The notes under the pieces are model-generated. The model was given only the letters and a program-made list of their open reading frames with translations, was not told where the DNA came from and made no database searches. A program made the position numbers and the translations under genes. From Pseudomonadota bacterium (GTDB taxonomy: Bacteria; Pseudomonadota; Alphaproteobacteria; Rhizobiales; Xanthobacteraceae), in NCBI GenBank assembly GCA_023434095.1, contig JAEYTJ010000022.1, positions 1-47,179 on the forward strand: a stretch of DNA of 47,179 bases, read 5' to 3'. This document shows, in pieces, positions 10,907-20,079 of this stretch (position 1 is the first letter of the stretch; every line of letters begins with the position of its first letter).

Positions 10907-12142
10907 ATGCGCCGCAGGAAGATTTCGCTCGGCAGGATTGTCGCCATGGCGGCGCTCGCCGCGCCTTTCGCCTTTTCGACCGCCGCCTTCGCCCAGGAGG
11001 CCTGCGGGCGCACCGGCGCCGGCTTCGACGCCTGGCTCGCCGGCTTCAAGCAGCAGGCGGTGGCGGAAGGCGTGTCGGCGCGCACGGTGGCCGCCGCGCT
11101 CAACGGCGTGAGCTATGCCCCCGACATCGTCGGCACCGATCGCGGGCAGAAGGTGTTCGGCCAGAGCTTCTTCCAGTTCTCCGACCGCATGGTCGCCAAT
11201 TACCGCATCCAGCAGGGCCGGCAGAAGATCCAGGCCAATCCCGACCTGTTCGGCCGCATCGAGCGGCAGTTCGGCGTGCCGGGCGCGGTGCTGGTGGCGT
11301 TCTGGGGGCTGGAGACCGATTTCGGCACCTTCATGGGCGACAAGCAGACCATCCGCTCCGTCGCCACGCTCGCCTGGGACTGCCGGCGGGCGGAGATGTT
11401 CCGCACCCAGCTGATGGCGGCGCTGAAGATCATCGACCGTGGCGACCTCACCGTGCAGACCATGCGCGGCCCCTGGGCGGGGGAACTCGGCCAGTTCCAG
11501 TTCCTGCCCGACCATTATCTCAATTATGGCGTCGATTTCGACGGCGACGGGCGGGTCGATCTCATCCGCTCCGCGCCCGACGCGCTGGCCTCGGCCGCCA
11601 ACTACATCAAGGCGCTGGGCTGGAAGGCCGGCCAGCCCTGGCTGGAAGAGGTGCGCGTGCCGCCGAACCTGCCCTGGGACCAGGCGGACCTGTCGATCAA
11701 AATCCCCCGCTCGCAATGGGCGCGCATGGGGGTGGTGCGGGCCGGCGGCGGTCAGCTTCCGGCCGACCAGCTTCCCGCCTCGCTGCTGCTGCCGATGGGG
11801 CGGAACGGGCCGGCTTTCCTCGTCTATCCGAATTTCGACGTGTTTACCGAGTGGAATAACTCGCTGACCTACGCCACCTCCGCCGCCTATCTCGCCTCGC
11901 GCGTCGCCGGGGCGGGGCCGTTCAATCGCGGGCAGGGCGACAAGATCCCGGTGCTCTCCATGGCGGAGGTGAAGGATCTGCAGACGATGCTGAACGCGCG
12001 CGGGCACCATGTCGGGCGCATCGACGGCATCGTCGGCGCGGCGACGCGGCAGGCGATCAAGGTGGAGCAGATGCGGCTCGGCCTGCCGGCCGATTCCTAT
12101 CCGACGCCGGAACTGGTGGCGGCGCTGCGGGCGGGCAGGTAA
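10907..12142 (+). CDS. Lytic murein transglycosylase (MltB/SLT_2 family) with C-terminal peptidoglycan-binding domain
   Basis: Signal peptide, WGLETDFG (catalytic Glu), GPWAGELGQFQF, DFDGDGRVDL EF-hand-like loop and the DGIVG..TRQAI PG-binding motif. Confidence 0.92.
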   Translation: MRRRKISLGRIVAMAALAAPFAFSTAAFAQEACGRTGAGFDAWLAGFKQQAVAEGVSARTVAAALNGVSYAPDIVGTDRGQKVFGQSFFQFSDRMVANYRIQQGRQKIQANPDLFGRIERQFGVPGAVLVAFWGLETDFGTFMGDKQTIRSVATLAWDCRRAEMFRTQLMAALKIIDRGDLTVQTMRGPWAGELGQFQFLPDHYLNYGVDFDGDGRVDLIRSAPDALASAANYIKALGWKAGQPWLEEVRVPPNLPWDQADLSIKIPRSQWARMGVVRAGGGQLPADQLPASLLLPMGRNGPAFLVYPNFDVFTEWNNSLTYATSAAYLASRVAGAGPFNRGQGDKIPVLSMAEVKDLQTMLNARGHHVGRIDGIVGAATRQAIKVEQMRLGLPADSYPTPELVAALRAGR

Positions 12143-12162
12143 GTCTTTACTCGGAAGATCAA

Positions 12163-12246
12163 CGTCATGGCCGGGCTTGACCCGGCCATCTACGCTTTTG
12201 ACCTGCGCCGAAGGCGTGGATCCCCGGGATAAAGCCGGGGATGACG
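12163..12246. repeat. CGTCAT-tagged REP/RIME-like palindromic doublet (family A)
   Basis: CGTCATGGCCGGGCTTGACCCGGCCATC...GGATCCCCGGGATAAAGCCGGGGATGACG, between convergent genes; a related copy lies at 36314-36411. Confidence 0.85.
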
Positions 12247-12312
12247 GCGACTGTGCGGGATGACCGCAGGCGGGGACAGCTTTCGCCCATAGGGCAGACC
12301 AGCCGTCAGCCC

Positions 12313-13200
12313 CTACAGCACCGGCACGCCCTGCTGCTTGGCCTTCACTTCCGGCTCGACATGGATGTTGACGAGGATGTCGGCGACCTCGGCCTCCAGC
12401 GCGTCCTCGATGCGGTCGCAGATGGCGTGGGCCTGGCTCACCGGCATGTCGCCGGGCACGACGAGGTGGAAGTCGACGAAGGTCATGCGGCCGGCCTGGC
12501 GGGTGCGCAGGTCGTGCGCCTCGATGGCGCCGGTGGCCTCGGCGGCGATGCGCTTGCGGATGCGCTCCAGCGTCTCGCCCGGCACGGCCTGGTCCATCAG
12601 CCCGCCGACGCTCTCCTTCAGCACCGACCAGCCCGACCACAGGATGTTCACCGCGACGAGGCCGGCGAGCACGAGGTCGAGCTTGTCCCAACCCGTGACC
12701 ACGGCCAGCATCACGCCGAGCAGAACGCCGGCCGAGGAGAGCACGTCGGTGAACAGATGCCGCCCGTCGGCCGCCAGTGCCGGGGAGCGCGCGCGCCGGC
12801 CTTCGCGGATGAGCACGGCACACCAGATGCCGTTGATGACGGTGGCGGCGGCGTTGATCGCCAGTCCCTGGGGGGAGGCGTCAAAGCTGTGCGGTTCGAG
12901 CCAGCCGAGATAGACCTCGCGCATGATCGAGATCGCCGCCACCACGATCAGCACGCCGACAATGACGGCGGAAAAATACTCCGCCTTGGCATAGCCATAG
13001 GGGTGGGCGGCATCGGCCGGCTTGGCGCTGACCCGCAGCGCCAGCACCGCGGTGATGGCGGTGGCGACGTTGACGATGCTTTCCAGCGCGTCCGAATACA
13101 GCGCCACGCTGCCGGTCAGCAGGAAGGCGAGATATTTCAGGCCCAGCACCAGCAGGCTGATGCCGACATTGATCAAGGCGATCCGCGAGGAGAGTGCCAT
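12313..13200 (-). CDS. Cation diffusion facilitator (CDF) exporter, probably Mn2+/Fe2+ (EmfA/FieF-like)
   Basis: SVALYSDALESIVN (TM2 ExxxN), PADAAHPYGYAKAEY, ADGRHLFTD (TM5 HxxxD), and C-terminal HDLRTR...HVEP. Confidence 0.9.
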   Translation of the reverse strand: MALSSRIALINVGISLLVLGLKYLAFLLTGSVALYSDALESIVNVATAITAVLALRVSAKPADAAHPYGYAKAEYFSAVIVGVLIVVAAISIMREVYLGWLEPHSFDASPQGLAINAAATVINGIWCAVLIREGRRARSPALAADGRHLFTDVLSSAGVLLGVMLAVVTGWDKLDLVLAGLVAVNILWSGWSVLKESVGGLMDQAVPGETLERIRKRIAAEATGAIEAHDLRTRQAGRMTFVDFHLVVPGDMPVSQAHAICDRIEDALEAEVADILVNIHVEPEVKAKQQGVPVL

Positions 13201-13278
13201 CGGCGCATACCCGTTCCGGCGCCGCGCGCCCATCGCCGCAGCGCTTAGTCGGTCGGCGGGCAAAAATCAAGCAGGACC

Positions 13279-13300
13279 AATGACTTGCAAGTCATTCGCA
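13279..13300. promoter_or_regulatory. Perfect 18-bp palindrome overlapping a Fur/Mur-like box upstream of the CDF gene
   Basis: AATGACTTGCAAGTCATT (13279-13296) overlaps TGCAAGTCATTCGCA (13286-13300), which resembles the alphaproteobacterial 7-1-7 TGC(G/A)A.T-N-ATT(C/T)GCA Fur/Mur box. Confidence 0.6.
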
Positions 13301-13331
13301 GAAGCAGTCGCAACCGCGCGTTTGGGGCGGC

Positions 13332-14240
13332 TCAGGCGTTGGCGTGGCGCGGCAGAAGCGCTCCCCGGTGGCGGATGACGCGGCCGGCGAGATGGTGCCC
13401 GGCCTCGGCGGCGGCGGCCGGCGCCTCGCCGGCCAGACGCGCGGCGAGATAGGCGGCATTGAAGCTGTCGCCCGCCGCGGTGGTGTCGACCGGCACCACC
13501 GGCTGGGGAATGGCGACCAACTGCGAGGCACCGCCGCTCACCACCAGCGCGCCCTCGGCGCCGTTCTTCACCACGATTTCCTGTACGCCGAAGGTGGCGA
13601 GCCGCTCCGCGGTGGCGGTAGGCGAGCCGTCGCCCCACAGCGTCGCCTCATCCTCGAAAGTGGGCAGGGCGATGGAGGTGCGCTTGAGCGCCTCGGCATA
13701 GACGGCGCGGGCCCGGGCGACGTCGCCGCCCCAGTTGCGCGGGCGGAAATTGCCGTCGAACACGATGCGCGTGCCGCGCTCGCGGGCGAATTCGATCGTC
13801 GCCAGCAGGCGCCCGAGCCCGGCATTGGAATAGAGCGAGAGGGTGATTCCGGAGAGGTAGACGAGCTTGGCCTCGATCAGCGCTTCGCAGACCGCCTCCC
13901 AGCCGGGCAATTCGAACAACTCGCGCGCCGGGGCGGTGTCGCGCCAATAGGTGAAGCTGCGCTCGCCCGTGCCGTCGATGTCGATGAGATAGAGCCCGGC
14001 GGTGCGGCCGGGGACGCGGGCCATCAGTCGCGTGTCGAGGCCCTCGCCCTGGGCGGAGGCGCGGATGGCGTCGGAATAGGGGTCGTCGCCCAGCGCGGTC
14101 GCATAGGCGGTCTCGACGCCGGCGCGGGCGAGATAGACGGCGGTGTTGAAGGTGTCGCCGCCGACGCCCTGGCTGAAGCGCCCGTCGGCGCCGCGCGCCA
14201 GCTCGACCATCACTTCGCCGATCGAAATCACCTGGGCCAT
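13332..14240 (-). CDS. PfkB family sugar kinase (2-keto-3-deoxygluconate kinase-like)
   Basis: IGEVMVEL, GGDTFNTAVYLAR, FDGNFRP and DTTAAGDSFNAAY. Confidence 0.88.
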   Translation of the reverse strand: MAQVISIGEVMVELARGADGRFSQGVGGDTFNTAVYLARAGVETAYATALGDDPYSDAIRASAQGEGLDTRLMARVPGRTAGLYLIDIDGTGERSFTYWRDTAPARELFELPGWEAVCEALIEAKLVYLSGITLSLYSNAGLGRLLATIEFARERGTRIVFDGNFRPRNWGGDVARARAVYAEALKRTSIALPTFEDEATLWGDGSPTATAERLATFGVQEIVVKNGAEGALVVSGGASQLVAIPQPVVPVDTTAAGDSFNAAYLAARLAGEAPAAAAEAGHHLAGRVIRHRGALLPRHANA

Positions 14241-14351
14241 GCGTCACTCCCTTCCCCGCCTCGATTCGCGCGGGAGCCTCGCTTTATTCGCACGGTGAGG
14301 CAAGGTCGGGGCGGTTCTCCGTCCCGCAAGGGCGGGACGGAGAAGGCGCGC

Positions 14352-15113
14352 TCAGAGCTGGACGCCGCGCGTCAGGGCGCCGTCGATGACGAGATTGGTG
14401 CCGTAGATGAAGCTTGCCGCCGGGCTCGCCAGGAAGACGGCGCCATTGGCGATTTCCTGCGGCGTCGCCATGCGGCCCGTGGGGTTCAGCGCCAGCGCCT
14501 CGGCGAACAAAGCGGGGTTGCCGTCCTTGATCTGGTTCCAGATGCCGCCCTCGAAATAGGTGTTGCCGGGCGAGACGGTGTTGGCGCGGATCTTCTTGGG
14601 CGCCAGCTGATAGGCGAGGCCCTGCGTGTAGTGGATCAGTGCCGCCTTGAACACGCCATAGGGACCGCAGGCGAAGTCGATCTCGCGGCCGGACACCGAG
14701 GAGATGGTGACGATGGAGGCGGCGGCGCTCTTCTCCAGATAGGGCATGGCGGCGTTGACGAGGCGCACCGTGCCCATGAGGTCGGTCTCGAAGCCCTTCT
14801 TCCAGTGCTCCTCGTCATGGCCGACGGCGAGCGCGCTGACATTCGCAACGACGATGTCGAGGCCGCCGAACGCCTCGGCCGCCTTTTCCACCAGGCTCGC
14901 GAGGGCGGCGCCGTCGGAGACGTCGGCGGCGGCGCCCAGCGTCTTCACGCCGCTTTCCGCGAGGCGCGCGGCGGTGGCTTCCGCTTCCGCGCCGTTGCGG
15001 CTGCACAGGGCGACGTCGCAGCCTTCGGCCGCCAGCGTTTCGGCGATGGCGAGGCCGATGCCCTTGGTGCCGCCGGTGACGACGGCGCGCAGGCCCTTCA
15101 GTCCGAGATCCAT
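14352..15113 (-). CDS. Short-chain dehydrogenase/reductase
   Basis: TGGTKGIG Rossmann motif, YGVFK catalytic YxxxK and NTVSPG; start at ATG 15113. Confidence 0.9.
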   Translation of the reverse strand: MDLGLKGLRAVVTGGTKGIGLAIAETLAAEGCDVALCSRNGAEAEATAARLAESGVKTLGAAADVSDGAALASLVEKAAEAFGGLDIVVANVSALAVGHDEEHWKKGFETDLMGTVRLVNAAMPYLEKSAAASIVTISSVSGREIDFACGPYGVFKAALIHYTQGLAYQLAPKKIRANTVSPGNTYFEGGIWNQIKDGNPALFAEALALNPTGRMATPQEIANGAVFLASPAASFIYGTNLVIDGALTRGVQL

Positions 15114-15226
15114 GGTCGGTGGTCCTTCACGAGTGGGGGAAAGAGGCTCGGCCCATGATCCCCGCGCCACCGCGAGCGCACAAGACGCTTCGCTGGCTTA
15201 TCCCGATGCGGCGTGCGGCGCCGGAC

Positions 15227-15796
15227 TCACGGCGCGATCATGATGACGCGCGGCACGGTGGCGGGCGGGGGCGCCTGCGTCGCCGAGGTTGCGCCTGTTT
15301 CCCCGGACGGCGTCGCTTCGGCGGGCGGCGCCGGCCAGCCGCCTTCGGGCGCGTAGCGGGATTCGAGGTCGCGGGCGCGCTGCCCGTTCAGGCCGACGAG
15401 GCAGATCAGCCGCTGCTCCATGACGCCCGAGCCGCCCAGCCGGCCGCCGATGCTCTGCCGGGGGCCTTCGCCTTCGAACGGGGCGATGCTCTGGCACTCG
15501 AAATTGCGCCAGTGGACGAACCGTCCCTGCGCCTCCTCGAACAGCGAACTCCAGCGGCGGCGCTGCGCCGGCTGCAGATCGGCCCGCGCCTCAATGGCGG
15601 CGAGCACGCCGGTGACGCTGCGCTGCAATGCCTGTTCGCCCGCCGCCTGAAGCGCCGCGAGGCAGTCGAGATAGGCACGCGGCTCGGCGTGTTCGCGCCG
15701 GCACGCCGCCGGGTCCGCCGACGCCGAGGCAGCGGCGCCGCTCAGCAGAAGCGGCGCGGCCAGCAGGAGATGGCCGAGGCGGCGGCGGAATGTCAT
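15227..15796 (-). CDS. Secreted protein, lysozyme inhibitor LprI/DUF1311-like
   Basis: Signal peptide, C...C...AQGRFVHWRNFEC...CL...RARDL pattern and a Pro/Thr-rich tail; start re-called at ATG 15796. Confidence 0.6.
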   Translation of the reverse strand: MTFRRRLGHLLLAAPLLLSGAAASASADPAACRREHAEPRAYLDCLAALQAAGEQALQRSVTGVLAAIEARADLQPAQRRRWSSLFEEAQGRFVHWRNFECQSIAPFEGEGPRQSIGGRLGGSGVMEQRLICLVGLNGQRARDLESRYAPEGGWPAPPAEATPSGETGATSATQAPPPATVPRVIMIAP

Positions 15797-15825
15797 CGTT
15801 GCAGCCTCCGTTCGGCCCCTCGCGG

Positions 15826-17031
15826 TCAGGCGGCGGGCGATTTGCGCAGGAAGGCGTCCATCCGCTCCAGCGCGCGGCAGATGTTCTCGGCCGAGTTGGC
15901 GTAGGACAGGCGGATATAGCCCTCGCCGAACACGCCGAAATCCGGCCCGCCAATGGTGGCGACTCCCGCCTCGTCCAGCAAGGCGGTGGCGAGCTTCTTG
16001 GCCGAGGTCCAGCCGGTGCCCGAAATATTGGGGAAGGCGTAGAAGGCGCCCTTCGGCACGGCGCAGCGTACGCCCGGCAGGGCGTTGAGCCCATCCACCA
16101 CCAGCTTCCGGCGGCGGTCGAACTCCGCCACCATCTCCGCTACGCAGTCCTGCGGGCCGGTGAGCGCCGCCAGCGCCCCGAACTGCGCCGGCGCGTTGAC
16201 GCAGGACCACGCATTGACCGCGAGCTTGCGGGCGGCGTCGAACAGCGCTTCCGGCCACAGCGCCCAGCCGAGGCGCCAGCCGGTCATCGCATAGGTCTTC
16301 GACCAGCCATTGAGCAGGATCAGCCGGCCGCGGATCTCGGGATAGGCGAGCAGGGTGGTGTGGGCCTCGCCGTCGAACAGGAACTGGTCGTAGATCTCGT
16401 CCGACAAGATGGCGACCTGCGGGTGAGCCGCCAGCCCGGCGACGAAGGCGTCGATCTCGGCCTTGGGGGTGACGCCGCCGGTCGGGTTGGCCGGCGAATT
16501 GAGGATGACGAGGCGGGTGCGCTCGGTGATCAGCGAGAGGGCTTCCGCGGCGGAGAAGCCGAAGCCGTTCTCCTCGCGCACCGGGACCGGCACCGGCGTC
16601 GCGCCGGTGAATTCGATCATCGAGCGGTAGATGGGAAAGCCGGGGTCGGGATAGAGGATTTCCGCGCCGGGTTCGCCGAGCATGAGGATGGCGGAGAACA
16701 TCGTCACCTTGCCGCCGGGGACGATCGTCACCCGGCCGGGATCGATGCCGAGGCCGAAGCGGCGCTGGATGTCGCCGGCCACCGCCTCGCGCAGCGGCTC
16801 GATGCCGACCGAGGGGGTGTAGCCGTGCTGGCCGTCGCGCAGCGCCTTGATGGCGGCCTCGACGATGTGGCCGGGCGTGGCGAAATCCGGCTGGCCGATG
16901 CCGAGATTGATGATGTCGCGGCCCTGCGCCGACAGCGCCGCCGCGCGCGCCAGCACGGCGAAGGCGTTCTCCTCGCCGATCCGGTCGAAGGCCGCGACGG
17001 GATGAAGGGGCAGGCGGGCGGCTGGCGTCAT
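15826..17031 (-). CDS. Class I/II PLP-dependent aminotransferase (aspartate aminotransferase-like)
   Basis: LGIGQPDF, NSPANPTG, SDEIY and WSKTYAMTGWRLG (PLP Lys); GGAGGA RBS. Confidence 0.92.
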   Translation of the reverse strand: MTPAARLPLHPVAAFDRIGEENAFAVLARAAALSAQGRDIINLGIGQPDFATPGHIVEAAIKALRDGQHGYTPSVGIEPLREAVAGDIQRRFGLGIDPGRVTIVPGGKVTMFSAILMLGEPGAEILYPDPGFPIYRSMIEFTGATPVPVPVREENGFGFSAAEALSLITERTRLVILNSPANPTGGVTPKAEIDAFVAGLAAHPQVAILSDEIYDQFLFDGEAHTTLLAYPEIRGRLILLNGWSKTYAMTGWRLGWALWPEALFDAARKLAVNAWSCVNAPAQFGALAALTGPQDCVAEMVAEFDRRRKLVVDGLNALPGVRCAVPKGAFYAFPNISGTGWTSAKKLATALLDEAGVATIGGPDFGVFGEGYIRLSYANSAENICRALERMDAFLRKSPAA

Positions 17032-17170
17032 CATATCCTCCTGGCGGTTCCGGCGGGGTGGGCCCCGGCGCGGCGCATCAAAGCTCTTGCAGTCTTTCGC
17101 AGTCGTGTCACACGGGAGCGGGGCCGGGTTCAAGTGCGATGCCGCTGTGCGGGAACGGGATGAGACGCCG

Positions 17171-18352
17171 ATGAAGGATCTGCACGACGAGACGTCCGCC
17201 CCGCCGGCGCTGCCGCTCGGCGATCCGGTCGACACGACGCCGGCCCCGCGGCCGACGCGTACGGTGCTGGCCCGCCGGTTCGTGGACATTGTGCCTTTCG
17301 ATCTCGACGCCCATGGGCCGGCGCTGTTCGCAGCCAGCCATGGACCGGAGAAGGAGGCGATCTTCGCCTATCTGCCGACCGGGCCCTATGCGGATTACGA
17401 CGCCTTCGCCGCCTATTACGGCGCGGCGGCGGAGCGTGACGACCCGCTGCTGTTCACGATTCTCGACAAGGCGAGCGGCGTCGCGGTCGGCCATGCGACG
17501 TATCTGCGGATCGACCCGGCGAACCGAAGCATCGAGGTCGGCCATATCCTCTACACGCCGGCGCTGATGCGCACGCCGGGCGGCACCGAGGCCATGTATC
17601 TTATGGCCCGCCACGTGTTCGAGACGCTGGGCTACCGGCGCTACGAGTGGAAGTGCAACGCGCTGAACGCTCCCTCGCGCCGGGCGGCGGCGCGCTACGG
17701 CTTCCGCTTCGAGGGGCTGTTTCGTCACCACATGATCGTCAAGGGCCGCAACCGCGACACGGCGTGGTTCGCCATCCTGTCCGAGGAATGGCCGCAGATC
17801 GCGCTGGCGATGGAGGCGTGGCTGGCGCCGGAGAATTTCGACGCCGCCGGCCGGCAGCGTGTGTCGCTCTCTGCGCTCAACGCCCGCACGCTGGAGGTGG
17901 AGGGCCGCGCGCTGCGCCGCGCCGACCTCGCCGACCTTCCCGCCGTGGAGACGCTGCAGCGCGCCGCCTATGCCCGCAACCGCATCCTGCTCGGCGTCGA
18001 GCCGGTGCCGCTGCTCTGGGACTATGCCCGCGTGTTCCGCGAGCGCGAGGTGTGGGTGCTCGACGGGGATGACGGCATCGCCGCCGTCGCCATACTCCAG
18101 CCGAGGGGCGACGACCTGCTCGCCGACAGCCTCGCCGCCTGCCCACGCGCGCAGGGCTTCGGCTTTGGCAATCTGCTGCTGGCGGCGGCCGAGGCGCGGG
18201 CACGCGCGCTCGGACGGGATACGGTGCGGCTCTATACCGGCGAGCCGCTGGAGGCGAACATCAACTGGTACCGGCGCAAGGGCTACGGCATCGAGCGGGT
18301 GGAACAGCTGCCCGACCGGCGGCTGGTGCATATGGCCAAACCGCTCGCGTGA
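17171..18352 (+). CDS. Two-domain GNAT acetyltransferase (RimJ/RimL-like plus GNAT)
   Basis: The N-domain has EVGHI...GYRRYEWKCNALNAPSRRAAARYGFRFEG...GRNRDTAWF. The C-domain has AQGFGFGNLLL...LYTGEPLEANINWYRRKGY. Confidence 0.85.
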   Translation: MKDLHDETSAPPALPLGDPVDTTPAPRPTRTVLARRFVDIVPFDLDAHGPALFAASHGPEKEAIFAYLPTGPYADYDAFAAYYGAAAERDDPLLFTILDKASGVAVGHATYLRIDPANRSIEVGHILYTPALMRTPGGTEAMYLMARHVFETLGYRRYEWKCNALNAPSRRAAARYGFRFEGLFRHHMIVKGRNRDTAWFAILSEEWPQIALAMEAWLAPENFDAAGRQRVSLSALNARTLEVEGRALRRADLADLPAVETLQRAAYARNRILLGVEPVPLLWDYARVFREREVWVLDGDDGIAAVAILQPRGDDLLADSLAACPRAQGFGFGNLLLAAAEARARALGRDTVRLYTGEPLEANINWYRRKGYGIERVEQLPDRRLVHMAKPLA

Positions 18353-18458
18353 GGGCGGCGCGGGCCTGTTCCGCGCGCGCTTTCCTTGCGCCGGGGCGCG
18401 GATGGCTTACATTCGGGCCGCACCTTCGCCCTGACCCCGTGCTGTTGGACCTTCGACG

Positions 18459-19286
18459 ATGAGCTATGTGGAGGCGGCCGGCGCGCCGCTGCGCAAGACC
18501 GGCCATATCAAGCTGCACGGCCCCGAGGGCTTTGCCGGCATGCGCAAGGCCGGGCAGCTGACGGCGCAGGCGCTTGACCTCGTGCATGAGCTGGTGGCGC
18601 CGGGCGTGACCACCGACGCCATCGACCGGCTGGTCTTCGACTTCGCCATGGACCACGGCGCGCTGCCGGCGACGCTGATGTATCGCGGCTACCGCAAATC
18701 CACCTGCACCTCGATCAACCATGTCGTCTGCCACGGCATTCCAAACGACAAGCCGCTGCGCGAGGGCGACATCGTCAATGTCGACGTGACGCTGATCGTC
18801 GATGGCTGGTATGGCGATTCGAGCCGCATGTACCCGGTGGGCGAAATTCCCCGCCGCGCCGAACGGCTGCTCGACGTGACCTATGAATCGCTGATGCGCG
18901 GCATCGCCGAGGTGAAGCCGGGCAATCATGTCGGCGATATCGGCGCGGCGATCCAGGATTTCGTCGAGCCGCTGCATATGAGCGTGGTGCGCGATTTCTG
19001 CGGACACGGCGTCGGCCAGGTGTTTCACGACGAGCCCAATATCGTGCATGTGGGCCGGCGTGGCGACGGGCCGGAACTGATGCCCGGCATGATCTTCACC
19101 ATCGAGCCGATGATCAATCTCGGCCGCCCGCATGTGAAGGTGCTCTCCGACGGCTGGACGGCAGTGACGCGCGACCGCTCGCTCTCCGCCCAGTTCGAGC
19201 ACACGGTGGGCGTGACGGAGACGGGTTGCGAGATCTTCACCCTCTCGCCCAAGGGCTATCACAAGCCGATCTTCAGCAACGACTGA
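18459..19286 (+). CDS. map: Type I methionine aminopeptidase
   Basis: [16 protein letters not shown]...[20 protein letters not shown] and SAQFEHT. Confidence 0.96.
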   Translation: MSYVEAAGAPLRKTGHIKLHGPEGFAGMRKAGQLTAQALDLVHELVAPGVTTDAIDRLVFDFAMDHGALPATLMYRGYRKSTCTSINHVVCHGIPNDKPLREGDIVNVDVTLIVDGWYGDSSRMYPVGEIPRRAERLLDVTYESLMRGIAEVKPGNHVGDIGAAIQDFVEPLHMSVVRDFCGHGVGQVFHDEPNIVHVGRRGDGPELMPGMIFTIEPMINLGRPHVKVLSDGWTAVTRDRSLSAQFEHTVGVTETGCEIFTLSPKGYHKPIFSND

Positions 19287-19303
19287 GCGGGGCCGGAGCC
19301 GGC

Positions 19304-20071
19304 ATGGCGCGGAACGGAGCAGGGCGCAGCGGCGGCCGCGAAGCCGCGCCGGAGTCCGCCGGAGGCGAACCGGCCGGGCCCGCCGGCTTCGAGGAGGCGG
19401 AGCCGCATTTTCTCGGCCACCGCGAAAGGCTGCGCGAGCGTTTCCGCAAGGCGGGCGGCGAGGCGCTGCCGGATTACGAATTGCTGGAGCTGGTGCTGTT
19501 CCGCGCCGTCGTGCGGGCGGATGTGAAGCCGCTCGCCAAGGCGCTGATCGACCGGTTCGGCTCCTTCGCCGAGGTGGTCAGCGCCCCGCCCGGACGGCTG
19601 CGCGAGGTGAAGGGGGTGGGGGAGGCCATCGTCACTGAGCTGAAGCTGATCGGCGCGGCGGTGGAACGGGTGACGCGCGGCCAGGTGCGCGCCCGCCCGG
19701 TGCTCTCCTCCTGGAGCGCGGTGATCGCGCATTGCCGGGCCAGCATGGCCTTCGTCGAGCAGGAACAGTTCCGCATCCTGTTCCTCGACAAGCGCAACCA
19801 GCTCATTCTCGACGAGGTGCAGCAGCGCGGCACGGTGGACCACACGCCGGTCTATCCGCGCGAGGTGGTGAAGCGGGCGCTGGAAGTGGCGGCGAGCGCC
19901 ATCATCCTCGTCCACAACCACCCGAGCGGCGACCCGACGCCCTCGAATGCCGACATCCAGATGACCAAGACGATCATCGATGTGGCCAAGCCGCTCGGCA
20001 TCGAAGTGCACGACCATATCATCGTCGGCAAGGACGGCCATGCCAGCTTGCGCGGGCTGCGGCTGATCTGA
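19304..20071 (+). CDS. radC: RadC/UPF0758 JAB-domain protein
   Basis: [19 protein letters not shown], and the JAMM motif [12 protein letters not shown]...HDHII. Confidence 0.93.
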   Translation: MARNGAGRSGGREAAPESAGGEPAGPAGFEEAEPHFLGHRERLRERFRKAGGEALPDYELLELVLFRAVVRADVKPLAKALIDRFGSFAEVVSAPPGRLREVKGVGEAIVTELKLIGAAVERVTRGQVRARPVLSSWSAVIAHCRASMAFVEQEQFRILFLDKRNQLILDEVQQRGTVDHTPVYPREVVKRALEVAASAIILVHNHPSGDPTPSNADIQMTKTIIDVAKPLGIEVHDHIIVGKDGHASLRGLRLI

Positions 20072-20079
20072 CGTCTCCG

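Noticed and set aside
18459..20071. radC as a marker of a mobile element
   Set aside because: It is the full-length form next to map, the usual chromosomal arrangement in Alphaproteobacteria, with no integrase or other cargo.
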